In this document: piece by piece, positions 32,385-43,223 of the stretch
Numbering within the stretch: position 1 is the first letter of the stretch
How the letters are laid out: each line of letters begins with the position of its first letter
DNA from: Patescibacteria group bacterium
Lineage (GTDB): Bacteria > Patescibacteriota > Minisyncoccia > Phycocordibacterales > CAIRYW01
Length of the DNA stretch: 64,000 nt
Direction: 5' to 3'
NCBI GenBank assembly: GCA_040389185.1
Contig: JAZKAJ010000007.1
Span: 5,127 to 69,126, forward strand
Made by a program: the position numbers and the translations under genes
Notes under the pieces: generated by a model
Databases searched by the model: none
Seen by the model: the letters and a program-made list of their open reading frames with translations, nothing else
Told to the model about the DNA's origin: nothing

Positions 32385-34016
32385 TTACTTCTTCAATCCC
32401 GCCTTCACAAATGCAGAAAATATCTTCTGCGGAGCAAGAGGTCTTGCAAGGAATTCTGGATGGAACTGTACTCCTACAAAGAATGGGTGTTCGCTTTGAG
32501 GAAGCTCTGCAATCTCACAGAGAGTTCCATCTTTTGATTTACCTGAAAATACGAGTCCCGCTTTTTCAAGATCTCCCACATATTCATTATTCACCTCATA
32601 TCGATGTCGATGTCGCTCAACAATTTCCTCGGTACCGTAGGCTTTCCGTGCGATTGTTCCATCTTTGAGTACTGCAGTGTAGTCCCCAAGTCTCATTGAA
32701 TTCCCATAATTACTTTCTTCAAGTTTTTTCTTTTGTTCATGCATTATATCTACCACAAGCTTTGAGGATTTTGGATTGATCTCTCCTGTATTCGCATCTT
32801 TCCATCCAAGGATATTTCGAGCGTATTCAATAACCATAAGTTGCATTCCATAGCAGATCCCAAGGTATGGAATCTTATTCTCGCGAACGAATTTGATCGT
32901 CTCAACAATTCCATCCACCCCACTTTCACCGAATCCTCCGGGGACAATAACTCCATCATAGTCTTTGAGTATTGAAAGCTTACTTTTATCTTTTTCGAAA
33001 TCTTTTGAATTCAAGAATGAAATCTTTGGCTTTGCCCCTGCATAATATGATGAGATCTTCACCGCCTCGATCACAGAAATATACACATCAGAGAGTACAA
33101 AATCGCCTGAATCAAAATACTTGCCTACTACAGCAATATTTAATTCCTTTTTAGCATTCTTCTTTTTATTTACAAATTCCATCCACTCTGCAAGATCTGT
33201 CTTTCTTTTTGGAAGACCGAGTATTTCAGAGAGATGGTCTCCCAAATGATCCTTTTCAAAATTAACTGGAATGTCATAGATACTATCTGCATCAGGCGCT
33301 GAGATAATATTCTTTGCAAGTACATTACAGAAGACTGCAATCTTTTCTTTTCTTTTGTCATCAAGCGATACACCACTTCGGGCAATGATAATATCAGCCT
33401 GGATTCCAGCACCATTTAAAGTTCGAGCTGCATATTGAGTAGGCTTCGTCTTCATTTCACCGATAGTTGAAGGAGTAGGAAGATAGGATACCATCACAAA
33501 AGCTACATCTCGAGGATGTTCAATCTTGAGCATTCGAGCCGCTTCAAGAAAAATAATATTTTGATACTCTCCGATTGTGCCCCCCACTTCAACAATAGTT
33601 ATATCCGCATCAGCATCGTGAGCAGCATTCTTAATTCTTCGAATTACTTCCCGAGGTATATCTGGCACCACCTCAACATTCTTGCCTTTGTATTCGAGAT
33701 TCCGCTCCTTACGAATAACTTCCTGGTAGACTCGCCCCGTTGTCATATAGTTATTTCGACTGAGGCTCATGTTTAAAAAACGCTCGTAGTTACCCATGTC
33801 CTGATCGCACTCATCACCGTCTCGAAGTACGAACACTTCTCCGTGCTCTGTTGGATTCATTGTACCTGCATCGATATTGATATATGGATCGATCTTGAGA
33901 GCTGTCACCTTGAAGCCCTTTGACTTCATTATAGTTCCGATAGAAGAGGCCGAAACACCTTTGCCAACTCCTGACATTACGCCACCAACAACAAAGATGT
34001 ATTTTCGCTTCTTCAT
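32385..34016 (-). CDS. pyrG: CTP synthase
   Basis: GGVMSGVGKG, DPYINIDAGTMNP.EHGEV, GICYGMQ, RHRHRYE, QFHPE. Confidence 0.98.
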   Translation of the reverse strand: MKKRKYIFVVGGVMSGVGKGVSASSIGTIMKSKGFKVTALKIDPYINIDAGTMNPTEHGEVFVLRDGDECDQDMGNYERFLNMSLSRNNYMTTGRVYQEVIRKERNLEYKGKNVEVVPDIPREVIRRIKNAAHDADADITIVEVGGTIGEYQNIIFLEAARMLKIEHPRDVAFVMVSYLPTPSTIGEMKTKPTQYAARTLNGAGIQADIIIARSGVSLDDKRKEKIAVFCNVLAKNIISAPDADSIYDIPVNFEKDHLGDHLSEILGLPKRKTDLAEWMEFVNKKKNAKKELNIAVVGKYFDSGDFVLSDVYISVIEAVKISSYYAGAKPKISFLNSKDFEKDKSKLSILKDYDGVIVPGGFGESGVDGIVETIKFVRENKIPYLGICYGMQLMVIEYARNILGWKDANTGEINPKSSKLVVDIMHEQKKKLEESNYGNSMRLGDYTAVLKDGTIARKAYGTEEIVERHRHRYEVNNEYVGDLEKAGLVFSGKSKDGTLCEIAELPQSEHPFFVGVQFHPEFLARPLAPQKIFSAFVKAGLKK

Positions 34017-34111
34017 GAATTAAATATTGAATGTAGTATATAGTATTTGATATGACCTTTCAACCCTCTCTATGTTAGAGACAAAAGTGTTGATGTTATG
34101 CCGAAAATTCA

Positions 34112-35032
34112 TTAGATTTTAAGGTATTTTTTCACTGCCCAGTAACTAGAAAGTGCTCCAATAAATAATCCTGATATGAGCATCATTCCACCAATAGATA
34201 ATATGTCGCTTAGGTAATAAGAAAAGAGATTAACTCCAGTGCCGAGATCAAGCGTATGAGGGCCTGCCCAGTAAGTAATCGGAAGGAGCAGAAGGAGTGC
34301 TAAGAGCGTTGCGACAGCACCATACATAAGCCCACTTACAACGAAAGGACCTTTGATGTATCGCGTTGATGCGCCCACAAGTCGCTTTACAGAGATTTCT
34401 TCTCGAGCCATGTAGATCGTGAGTCTGATTGTATTAAATGAAATAAGGAACGCAATAACCGCAAAGAAGATCGCGACAGCAAGACCTAGAGTTCGAGAGG
34501 CGTCCATTATCTTTGTGAGTGCAGCAATCGCAGCTTTATTTCTACTATAGTTGATCTTGTCGATGATACTTTCTGAATTTTCTTTCTTTTGATTCTCAAG
34601 AAATGTTGAAATACCTTCATATTGCGATGGATCCTTTGCTTTGATCTCAAGTGATGCCCCGAGTGGGTTATCTCCAATTTCATCAAGTGCCTGAAGGGTC
34701 AATTCATCATTTTCATGTCTTGTTTTGAAATCTGCCAATTCCTGCTCTCGTGAAGAATATGTCACCTCGCTTACTTCAGGCTGAGATTCAATCTGCTTTT
34801 TGAGTGCCAAAATTTCATCTTCTTCCGCTGAAGTAACAAGATACACATTGATATCAACCTTGTTTTTGATCTGATCAAGTGTTGAGTGCAAAAGCGCCTG
34901 AGTCAGAAGGAGTGAACCGATAACCAAAAGTGCCATTGTCATAATAAGCACCGCGGTAACAGACACGGATCCATTGCGCCAAAAATTGAGAAACCCTGAT
35001 TTAAAAACTCGTTTGATATTTGTCCTTAGCAT
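34112..35032 (-). CDS. ftsX: Cell division permease FtsX
   Basis: NTIRLTIY..REEI.V.RLVGA...I..PF; follows ftsE. Confidence 0.9.
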   Translation of the reverse strand: MLRTNIKRVFKSGFLNFWRNGSVSVTAVLIMTMALLVIGSLLLTQALLHSTLDQIKNKVDINVYLVTSAEEDEILALKKQIESQPEVSEVTYSSREQELADFKTRHENDELTLQALDEIGDNPLGASLEIKAKDPSQYEGISTFLENQKKENSESIIDKINYSRNKAAIAALTKIMDASRTLGLAVAIFFAVIAFLISFNTIRLTIYMAREEISVKRLVGASTRYIKGPFVVSGLMYGAVATLLALLLLLPITYWAGPHTLDLGTGVNLFSYYLSDILSIGGMMLISGLFIGALSSYWAVKKYLKI

Positions 35033-35063
35033 TTTTATTTTTTTATTATACTACAAAAAATTC

Positions 35064-35744
35064 CTAGATTGCGAATTTACCATCCTTATCATCTCGCGCG
35101 ATCTTGCCACCCTCCATGGTGATAACTCTTTTTCCAATAGAATCAACTACACCCTTGTTGTGTGTCGTAAGGATTACAGTCGTTCCAAGATCATTGATCT
35201 TTTTGAGTATCTGGATGATGTCATAGGTTGATACTGGATCAAGGTTTCCCGTTGGCTCATCAGCAATAATAATATCTGGCTGATTGACGATTGCTCGTGC
35301 GATAGCTACTCGCTGCTTTTCTCCACCTGAGAGCTGATGTGGAAAATTCATCATTTTTTTTGTGAGATCTACGAGTCCTAGTACATGAGGAACATCAGCA
35401 GAGATCTCTTCATCTGTGCGTCCACATGCTTCCATCGCAAAGGCAATATTTTCATATACCGTGAGATTAGGAAGGAGTCTAAAATCCTGAAATACAGTCC
35501 CCACTCGTCTTCGGTAGTCCGTCATTTCATTCTTTCGCAACCCTCCGATATTTACAGATTCAAAATAAACAGCGCCATTTGAAGGTTTTTCTTCTCCAAG
35601 GATCATTTTAATGATCGTTGTCTTTCCTGCACCCGAATGTCCAACAATAGAGACGAATTCTTTTGGTTTTATAGTAAAAGAGACGCTGTCGAGCGCTTTG
35701 GTATCGTTTTGGTAAGTTTTGGAAACTTTGTCAAAGTAAATCAT
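35064..35744 (-). CDS. ftsE: Cell division ATP-binding protein FtsE
   Basis: GHSGAGKT, VFQDFRLL, LSGGEKQR, ADEPTGNLD. Confidence 0.93.
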   Translation of the reverse strand: MIYFDKVSKTYQNDTKALDSVSFTIKPKEFVSIVGHSGAGKTTIIKMILGEEKPSNGAVYFESVNIGGLRKNEMTDYRRRVGTVFQDFRLLPNLTVYENIAFAMEACGRTDEEISADVPHVLGLVDLTKKMMNFPHQLSGGEKQRVAIARAIVNQPDIIIADEPTGNLDPVSTYDIIQILKKINDLGTTVILTTHNKGVVDSIGKRVITMEGGKIARDDKDGKFAI

Positions 35745-35819
35745 AAATTTTTTTGTAAAAAATTAATTTTTAATGTTTAATTTCAAATTTTTAAAAATTA
35801 AAAATTACAAAATTAAAAA

Positions 35820-36698
35820 TTATAGTTGTTTTTCTGCCTCTATAAATCCGTCTAGCTCACCTCTCTCCAATATACTTTCTACGTTTGAAGTTTCAAATCC
35901 TGTTCGATGATCTTTGACGAGTTTATATGGATGCAATACATATGACCTAATCTGACTTCCCCATTCTGCATCTGTTGTTTTTGAAACATAAGAGCCAGAT
36001 TCTTCTGCCATCTTCTTAGCTTCCATTATAGCATAGAGTTTCGCTTTGAGAATCTCAAGACCCTTCTCTTTGTTCTGTGCCTGGTTCCGCTCAGAATCAA
36101 TATGCACAGAAAGCTTTGTTGGAATATGAACAATCCGGACCGCAGTCTCTCTTTTGTTTACATTTTGTCCACCTGGACCACCAGAACGAGTAAAATCAAT
36201 CTTCAATTCACTCTCTGGTATATCAACATTCATTGTCTTTTCAAATTTTGGTATTACTTCAATCATCACAAATGAGGTCTGTCGTTTACCGTTGGCATTA
36301 AATGGTGATATTCGCACAAGCCTGTGCACCCCTGATTCCTTTTTGAGAGTTCCATATACTTTTTTGCCTTTTATCTCAAATGACACACTTCGAAATCCTC
36401 TGCCATCATTTCTGTTTTCATCCAACAGTGTTGTAGCCCATCCTTTCTTTCCAATATATTTTTGATACATCGAAAAAAGCATGTATGCAAAATCCTCAGC
36501 ATCATCTCCACCGGCACCCGCAAAAATAGTCATGACCGCATCACCATTATCATACTTACCTCCAACAGGTACAGGATCATTGAGCTCTTGAAGTTCCTTA
36601 ATGAGAGCCTGCGCGTTATTTTTGTCATTCCAAAAATCCGCACTACTCATCTGTGTCTCGATTTCAGATATTCTTTTTTGTCTTTCTTCAGGAGTCAT
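35820..36698 (-). CDS. prfB: Peptide chain release factor 2 (shortened domain 1)
   Basis: HRLVRISPF, GPGGQNVNK, WGSQIRSYVLHPY. Confidence 0.92.
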   Translation of the reverse strand: MTPEERQKRISEIETQMSSADFWNDKNNAQALIKELQELNDPVPVGGKYDNGDAVMTIFAGAGGDDAEDFAYMLFSMYQKYIGKKGWATTLLDENRNDGRGFRSVSFEIKGKKVYGTLKKESGVHRLVRISPFNANGKRQTSFVMIEVIPKFEKTMNVDIPESELKIDFTRSGGPGGQNVNKRETAVRIVHIPTKLSVHIDSERNQAQNKEKGLEILKAKLYAIMEAKKMAEESGSYVSKTTDAEWGSQIRSYVLHPYKLVKDHRTGFETSNVESILERGELDGFIEAEKQL

Positions 36699-36743
36699 AA
36701 ATACAGTAAATAAGATAAAGGCAATAAATCTATGAAAAAAAAC

Positions 36744-37220
36744 TTACGAGTTCTTTGCTTTTTCTCTTCCAATTTCAGAGAGGAGTCCTGATGAAGCATC
36801 ATAGAGAGATTCATGAAAGCCGATAGCATCAAAAGCAAGCGCAGTCAGTACATCATCATTCAAAGTCTCACCAACCCCTTTCACAAGGTTCCAGTGAGCA
36901 AGAGCCGCTCCTCCGAAAAATCCCCACCATTCAAATACTTCTGAAGGATTATCCCATTCATCCCCCACATATGCGTCTCGCATTGCAATAAGCTTTGTTC
37001 CTGTCTTTTCTGATTTTGGTAGTACAATTTCTGAAACGTTTTGCGCTTTAGCAAAAGCAATGAGTGCTTCCTGATGAGCATTATTTCTCGCTATAAATCC
37101 GTCGATTTCAGCTTTTGAAAAGATCTGACCAAAAACGGACATAGCCTTTGTGATAGTTTCATTTCCCACTTTGGCAAAAGCCAGCACCTCTCCTATTTTT
37201 TTTGCAGTAAATTCATTCAT
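36744..37220 (-). CDS. Hypothetical helical (possibly ferritin-like) protein
   Basis: Clean ORF; His residues spaced as in 4-helix bundles. Confidence 0.55.
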   Translation of the reverse strand: MNEFTAKKIGEVLAFAKVGNETITKAMSVFGQIFSKAEIDGFIARNNAHQEALIAFAKAQNVSEIVLPKSEKTGTKLIAMRDAYVGDEWDNPSEVFEWWGFFGGAALAHWNLVKGVGETLNDDVLTALAFDAIGFHESLYDASSGLLSEIGREKAKNS

Positions 37221-37333
37221 AGTTTTTGTGTTTTATTGGATTAACAAAGAAGATTATAACATAAACTCCACTTCAACAGAGAACTTACAATATTTCAATA
37301 AAATATGCTTTAATATGCAGGTATTTACAATTT

Positions 37334-37406
37334 GCCGTCGTAGCTCAGTTGGTAGAGCATGTTCTTGGTATGAACAAGGTCATCGGTTCGATCCCGATCG
37401 ACGGCT
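37334..37406 (+). tRNA. tRNA-Thr(GGT), no encoded CCA
   Basis: GCCGTCG..TGTTC-TTGGTAT-GAACA..TTCGATC..CGACGGCT. Confidence 0.94.
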
Positions 37407-37426
37407 TAGCGAGTGAAATTAGACTG

Positions 37427-37460
37427 AAAAAAGACAACACCTTCTAGTGTTGTCTTTTTT
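37427..37460. terminator. Bidirectional terminator
   Basis: aaaaaagacaacac-cttcta-gtgttgtctttttt. Confidence 0.8.
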
Positions 37461-37483
37461 GTATCAAACATCCCAAACGAAAT

Positions 37484-37575
37484 AAACTATTTCTTAAAAA
37501 GACTTCGGAGGCGGGTAGCTGAGACTTGAGGAATTCGCAAGCTTGCGAATATCCGTGCTTTTTAAGAAGTAGTTT
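37484..37575 (-). repeat. 3'-UTR structured repeat family A, copy 2
   Basis: Minus strand AAAAGCACG-hairpin-CTCAAGTCTCAGCTACCCGCCTCCGAAGTCTTTT inside an 18 bp outer stem. Confidence 0.8.
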
Positions 37576-38011
37576 ATGCAGAGAAACTTACCTTATCGTC
37601 CGCATCAAGATAATCAAAAAGAGTTGTCGTTTTAGGATCAAGAGCCAATCTCTCACACTCACCTTGAAACCATTCTTTTTTATTTGGATCAGTCGAATAT
37701 GAAAAATCAGTCTTAAACGCGCTAGACCATTTACTTACTTCATCTGGAGTCTTTGTATCTCCATGAGTCTCTACCCATTTACCAATTTCTTCATCACTTG
37801 CCCCTGTTGCAACAAATGCCTTGAATTCTTCTGCATTAATATTTTTAAATCCAAAAAGAGTTTTGTCGAGTGGGCAATCAAAGTGATATTCTCCGGCAGT
37901 ATCATTTATAACAGCGCGGCATTTATCGATTGTTCTCGCCAAAATTGCAAATCCATTTATCGTTTCATAAGGACTTCGTGGCGCCTCAACAGCCAAATCT
38001 TTTGCTTCCAT
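37574..38011 (-). CDS. DUF5069-like protein
   Basis: PRSPY...LARTIDKCRA...GEYHFDCPLD...FDYLDADD. Confidence 0.7.
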   Translation of the reverse strand: MEAKDLAVEAPRSPYETINGFAILARTIDKCRAVINDTAGEYHFDCPLDKTLFGFKNINAEEFKAFVATGASDEEIGKWVETHGDTKTPDEVSKWSSAFKTDFSYSTDPNKKEWFQGECERLALDPKTTTLFDYLDADDKVSFSA

Positions 38012-38049
38012 ATATTTTCAGTATTTAATTAATAGAACCCTATTATACC

Positions 38050-39036
38050 CTAAGCCCGTTTCAAAATCCTTACTATACCTTTCTCAGCATCAACCTCTAC
38101 TAAATCTCCATCTTTCAAGATTTTCGTCGCGATTTTGGTACCTATAACACAAGGTTTTTTAAGTTCACGAGCCACTATTGCTGCATGACAAGTAATGCCG
38201 CCTTCATCAGTTACAATCGCTGAACATTTCTTTATTGCAATCATCATATCGGGCGTAGTCATTGGAGAGACAAGTATCTGACCTGCTTTGATCTTGTTTG
38301 AGTTTGCAATACTTTTAAGAATAAATACCTCTCCTTGAACTTTACCAAGAAAAGCAGATCGACCTTTTATGATTTGAGCGTTGGTTTTTAAGACTTCAAA
38401 TTTATAAGGCAAATCATCATATTTTCCTCTAAAATTCTTGCTGCTCAAAACAACAAAACCCCTTTTTCTTTTCATCAACACTTCTTTAGAAGGAATTTTA
38501 CTTACTTCTTTTTGCAAAACCGTATCTTCAAAACCTTTTGTTTGCGGATGCAAATATATGAGTGAGTTCCTTAAAAATTTTGCTGTCTTTGACCAGAATT
38601 CATCAGTCTTTCTAAATTCAGTTGCAATGCCAACCAACTTCTTTGGACTTTTCCTATTAAGAAGAGTGAAGTAATAAAGAATATATCTTTCAACTTGTTT
38701 ATTGAGTTTTTTAATAAATTCTTCTAATTCCTGAGACGAATTAACATGTTTTTTCTTCCAAAATTTTTCATAATAAGGCAACTCTTTCATGTATGCATCA
38801 AGATTTTTATTGAAAAAATTGCCACTATTCTTATTTTTATAGAGAATGAGCAAAGAAAGTTCTTCTTCCAACTTCTTGTGTTGCAATACTTCAATAGTTC
38901 CTTCGGTCAAAAAATCAATTACCATCGGGTATGCAGGTTTCTGTCCTTTTAACTTTTTATACAGTGATTCAAATCCAAAGATCCATGCTTGCTGAATAAT
39001 AAGTCCAGTGTCTCTTGTATACGCTTTATAGTACAT
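38050..39036 (-). CDS. Protein with C-terminal PEP-utilising phospho-His swivel domain (no ATP-grasp)
   Basis: TTPD, TDEGGITCHAAIVARELKKPCVIG. Confidence 0.85.
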   Translation of the reverse strand: MYYKAYTRDTGLIIQQAWIFGFESLYKKLKGQKPAYPMVIDFLTEGTIEVLQHKKLEEELSLLILYKNKNSGNFFNKNLDAYMKELPYYEKFWKKKHVNSSQELEEFIKKLNKQVERYILYYFTLLNRKSPKKLVGIATEFRKTDEFWSKTAKFLRNSLIYLHPQTKGFEDTVLQKEVSKIPSKEVLMKRKRGFVVLSSKNFRGKYDDLPYKFEVLKTNAQIIKGRSAFLGKVQGEVFILKSIANSNKIKAGQILVSPMTTPDMMIAIKKCSAIVTDEGGITCHAAIVARELKKPCVIGTKIATKILKDGDLVEVDAEKGIVRILKRA

Positions 39037-39038
39037 AA

Positions 39039-40598
39039 CTATTGATTTTTCAGAATCTTGACTACTCCTTTATCTGCATCTAATTCCACAAGATCCCCAT
39101 CTTTCAAATACTGAGTAATATTTTTCACACCAACAATACACGGAGTTTTAAATTCTCGCGCCACAATTACTGGGTGAGATGTGAGTCCTCCAAACTCCGC
39201 GATAATACCAGATGCTTTTCTAAGATAAATATCAAACACGTTACTTGCCGAAGCGACAACCAAAATATCTCCTTTTTTAACTTTAGATGCGCCCTCTAAA
39301 CTTGTACCTATCACAACTTTGCCAGTTATTTTACCAACACTTCCTGTCGCACCTTCAAATATATCTTTGTTAGTTTTTTCAACTTCTAATTGCGTTTGAA
39401 TTGTATCTTTTATCTTTTGAGCATCCTTGCCAACAAATACATATTCCTTATTATCGATAGTCATAAAACAGCTAAGTTTTAATCTTTCTTTCAGATCTTT
39501 TTCTTTTACTTTTTTATTTTCCTTCAAATAATCTGCAATCTCCCATGGTAAGAACTCTTTAAGTTCATAATAAGTAAGACCTAATCTTTTAGCAATTTCA
39601 GTATAGAGCGGAATGATGTAATAAGCAGACTCACCCATCACCGGATAATCTTCTGTACGTAAGAACGCCATCCGACGAAGACTCATAATCAAATTCTTCA
39701 CTTCTTTTGAAGGACCAATTTCTTCCAAAAAAACCTTAGAACGTTCAATGAGCGAAACATCATAATCATCACCAAGTCTTTTTGCCTTTACTGTCAAAGG
39801 AGTATCATTCTTAATGTAATCAATAACCTCATTCCAAATACTCAGAACTGTCGATGGGGGATTATTTGCATACACATTAATCCATACATAACCCTTAAAA
39901 TGTTTATCAATGAGTTTTTTTATTTCTTTATTTTCTTTTATCACCCCATCGTATGAAATACCTTTTTGAACCACCTCTAAAAGAGCCTTATTATCTCTTA
40001 CCAGTTTTACAATATTAAAAAAACTCTGTCTCTCTTTATAGATAATTGATACCTGATGTGGAGTAATAAGTGTATTAATATATTCAGTGACGAGTTCTGC
40101 TTTACCAAGTTCTCCCAGTCTCCTTTTCATATAAGATTCTAAAACTGGCATGAGTGCGATTTCCATATACCAATCATAAATATCTACCGTTAAGTTATAG
40201 ATTAAGTGTCTACCGACTTTGTTAAGAAGTTCTATAAGTTTCTTATTACTTAACTTATCTAGATTTTTAATTGCCCAAATTTTTCTTAATTCTTTCAAAT
40301 CAAAGTTAACCCTCTTTCGGTAATCTTTGACTACATCAATCATAAATCCTGGTTCAACTTCAAATCTATTTCGATAAAACTGATCAAGTCGATCACGATC
40401 TTCAACTGCCTGATAGCAAGTCTGAATCCCGTTTTCAAATAGATTAATTATAACTCGGAGACTATCTCCGGAAATACGTGTATGCTCCTTCTGGAATTTT
40501 AACCCTTTATCATAAGCACAATCGAGAAGTGGAAAATTGCCCGACCACGTGTACATCCAAGTGTAATCATTAATTCTTTTGATAAGTTTTTGATTCAT
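39039..40598 (-). CDS. Protein with C-terminal PEP-utilising phospho-His swivel domain (no ATP-grasp)
   Basis: EFGGLTSHPVIVAREFKTPCIVG. Confidence 0.85.
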   Translation of the reverse strand: MNQKLIKRINDYTWMYTWSGNFPLLDCAYDKGLKFQKEHTRISGDSLRVIINLFENGIQTCYQAVEDRDRLDQFYRNRFEVEPGFMIDVVKDYRKRVNFDLKELRKIWAIKNLDKLSNKKLIELLNKVGRHLIYNLTVDIYDWYMEIALMPVLESYMKRRLGELGKAELVTEYINTLITPHQVSIIYKERQSFFNIVKLVRDNKALLEVVQKGISYDGVIKENKEIKKLIDKHFKGYVWINVYANNPPSTVLSIWNEVIDYIKNDTPLTVKAKRLGDDYDVSLIERSKVFLEEIGPSKEVKNLIMSLRRMAFLRTEDYPVMGESAYYIIPLYTEIAKRLGLTYYELKEFLPWEIADYLKENKKVKEKDLKERLKLSCFMTIDNKEYVFVGKDAQKIKDTIQTQLEVEKTNKDIFEGATGSVGKITGKVVIGTSLEGASKVKKGDILVVASASNVFDIYLRKASGIIAEFGGLTSHPVIVAREFKTPCIVGVKNITQYLKDGDLVELDADKGVVKILKNQ

Positions 40599-40605
40599 AG
40601 AAGCT

Positions 40606-43038
40606 TTATAATTTAATAATTTTGACAACACCTCTATCTGCATTCACTTCTACAAGATCATTATCTTTAAAATTTAACATCGCGTTCTTTAATCCAATAA
40701 CACAAGGAATTCCAAACTCTCTGGACACAACCGCCGCATGGCATGTTATACCTCCAACTTCTGTTACTATAGCTGAGGCAAGTTTCATTGCAGGCAAATA
40801 ATCCACGGTTGTTGCATATGTGATAAGGACATCACCCTGCTTTACTTTATTGATCTCTTGAGGTGTTTTACATATTTTCACACGACCTTTTGCAGTACCA
40901 GGTGAACCACACTTTCCACTCGAATCCTCATCACCTTGAATCCAAGATTTTCGAGCATCAAAATCTTCAAGAATTCTCACAGCTTCATCATTACCAAACT
41001 TTTTTCTTTTCATTTCTCCAAGAAATCCCACAGCAGTAAAATCTGTTCTTTCTTTTAGAACATCTTTTATGTTTGTTTTACCTTCTAAACATTCAGATAT
41101 TTCATCAACAAACAGTAACGAAACCTTACCAACATTACTCTTTAATCTACGCGCGATCTCAGGAACAATGTTAATTAAATGTTCTCCAGCAAAACTCACA
41201 AAATACTCAGCTTCATTTCTTGTATCAAGTGCAAGTCCAAAATCCACAAATCTTTGAGTTTCGGATGGATTTAACTTCAAATTCTTTTTTGCTTCAAAAA
41301 AATCTTGTTGTTGTTTTTTTGTATAGTCTTTGAGTTCATTAATTACTTTCCTTATCTCATCTAAAGGTAGTTTTATAGCCTGCACCAACTCTTTCTCGTA
41401 ATGTTTACCTTGCCATGGATCACCGTAACTAAATATAGGCATAAAACCAAATTGTGTGGCAAGCAAATTTGAATTCTTCTCAAGCATTGCGGGCTTTGAT
41501 TTACAAACTAGTGCAGATTTATATACCGCCAATTTCTCCTTCAATGTTGTTGAAATGTGTTTTGGTTTTGTAAGCTTAAACAAAAACTCATTGAATTTCT
41601 CTGACCCCTCTTCAAGTCCTTTTGATTTTAGAATAGTATAAATTCCTGCCGTTAAAGCATTTTCACTAAGCCATCCAAATTGATCATAGACCGTGATTTC
41701 CCCTACTAGCTTTCTATTTTTCTTAAATACTTCAATTAATTTTTTATTTGAAAGTAACTCAAGATTTTTACTCTTCATCTCTGAAACTTCTTTTTTTGCT
41801 TTTTCAACTTCTATGTAGAATTTTGACAATTCTTTCCCAATTTTTTTAGGTGTTTTTTTATATAGATCCGCTATCCGAAGATCGAGTTTTTGAAAGAAAT
41901 CTTTGGAATAAAAAGGCAACTGATATAAAGGATTAATTTTATGGATAATAATAGTATCTCTTTCCAATCCAAATTTATCTTTAAACTTTTTTTGGGTCGT
42001 TTCATTATTCCAACACTCTGTTGCTAGAGGCGACAAGGACCATTGACCCATTTGAATCACTCCGTTTGGAAAATAGGTAACTTTTTTATTTGTAGACTGA
42101 AGAGTAGTAATAGGTCTCGACTGTACAATATAAAACTTTTTATTCTCATATGCCCACTCAATGTCACACGGAAATCCGTAATGACTCTCAATTTTAATAA
42201 TAACATTAGAGAGCTCCAAGATCTCTTTTCCAGATAAGCATTGTTCGTTCGCTTTTTTATTTTCAATCTCTTCCCACTCATTTGTGCCGGTTTTTGATTT
42301 AAATAAGCCTCGAGATTTCTCAGCGATATTCGTATCTAAAATTGCTTTTGGTTTTTTGGTTACTACATATGAATCTGGAGTCACTTGCCCTGACACAATA
42401 GCCTCACCGAGTCCCCACGATCCTTCAATAATCATTTGATTGTGATCTTCGGTCACTGGATGCACCGAAAATGCGATACCACTTTTCTCGCTCTGAACCA
42501 TTTTCTGTATTACAACTGCAACAGATATATGAGTATTGTGTAATCCTTTTTCAAATCGATAGAATATCGCCCGAGGAGTAAAGAGTGAGGCAAAACATCT
42601 CTGAACATTTTTAATCACATTCTCTTTTTTAGTATTCAAAAAACTATCGAGCTGTCCTGCCCACGCATGCTCAGCGCCATCTTCAGCGGTCGCACTACTT
42701 CGCACAGCCACCCACCGTGCATCCAAAGTTTTGTAGGCATCCATGATTTCTTTCTCGAGATTTTTCGGCATCGAAGCCTCTTCAATAATATCCCGAATAA
42801 TCTCTGACGCCCGCTCTACAGATTCCATCTCTTTATGATTTACTTTTTTGAGTGTCGCTTCAATTTCTGAAATAATATCTGTTTCTCGAATAAAATATTC
42901 AAATGCATCTGAAAGTACTACAAATCCAGGAGGCACGGGTATGCCCACATTGGTCATTTCTCCCAAGGATGCGCCTTTTCCACCTGCGATATTCGCATCG
43001 TGGCGATTGAGTTCCTCAAAGACTTTAATCATTTTCAT
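40606..43038 (-). CDS. PPDK/PEPS N-terminal ATP-grasp + helical domain + His-swivel domain (rifampin-phosphotransferase-like architecture)
   Basis: GGKGASLGEM, AVRSSATAED, DIEWA, QSRPIT, GGITCHAAVVSRE; no pyruvate-binding barrel. Confidence 0.88.
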   Translation of the reverse strand: MKMIKVFEELNRHDANIAGGKGASLGEMTNVGIPVPPGFVVLSDAFEYFIRETDIISEIEATLKKVNHKEMESVERASEIIRDIIEEASMPKNLEKEIMDAYKTLDARWVAVRSSATAEDGAEHAWAGQLDSFLNTKKENVIKNVQRCFASLFTPRAIFYRFEKGLHNTHISVAVVIQKMVQSEKSGIAFSVHPVTEDHNQMIIEGSWGLGEAIVSGQVTPDSYVVTKKPKAILDTNIAEKSRGLFKSKTGTNEWEEIENKKANEQCLSGKEILELSNVIIKIESHYGFPCDIEWAYENKKFYIVQSRPITTLQSTNKKVTYFPNGVIQMGQWSLSPLATECWNNETTQKKFKDKFGLERDTIIIHKINPLYQLPFYSKDFFQKLDLRIADLYKKTPKKIGKELSKFYIEVEKAKKEVSEMKSKNLELLSNKKLIEVFKKNRKLVGEITVYDQFGWLSENALTAGIYTILKSKGLEEGSEKFNEFLFKLTKPKHISTTLKEKLAVYKSALVCKSKPAMLEKNSNLLATQFGFMPIFSYGDPWQGKHYEKELVQAIKLPLDEIRKVINELKDYTKKQQQDFFEAKKNLKLNPSETQRFVDFGLALDTRNEAEYFVSFAGEHLINIVPEIARRLKSNVGKVSLLFVDEISECLEGKTNIKDVLKERTDFTAVGFLGEMKRKKFGNDEAVRILEDFDARKSWIQGDEDSSGKCGSPGTAKGRVKICKTPQEINKVKQGDVLITYATTVDYLPAMKLASAIVTEVGGITCHAAVVSREFGIPCVIGLKNAMLNFKDNDLVEVNADRGVVKIIKL

Positions 43039-43107
43039 GAAAGAAATTATGCTACAAAATCCCTAATAAATCAATATAATGCAACATATTTTAAGATATT
43101 GTAGTCA

Positions 43108-43137
43108 TTGACAAATGGCAATAATATGTGATATAAT
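43108..43137 (+). promoter_or_regulatory. Consensus sigma70 promoter
   Basis: TTGACA-N18-(TG)aTATAAT. Confidence 0.8.
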
Positions 43138-43223
43138 ATAAAGATGTTCCTTAACAAGTCAGACCCGAATTCTTCGGCCGCTTTTTGGAGCTCCCTCAAC
43201 CACCACACCCCACACCTATTGTT

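Noticed and set aside
40606-43038. PEP synthase / pyruvate phosphate dikinase annotation
   Set aside because: Lacks the C-terminal PEP/pyruvate-binding barrel; His domain is terminal
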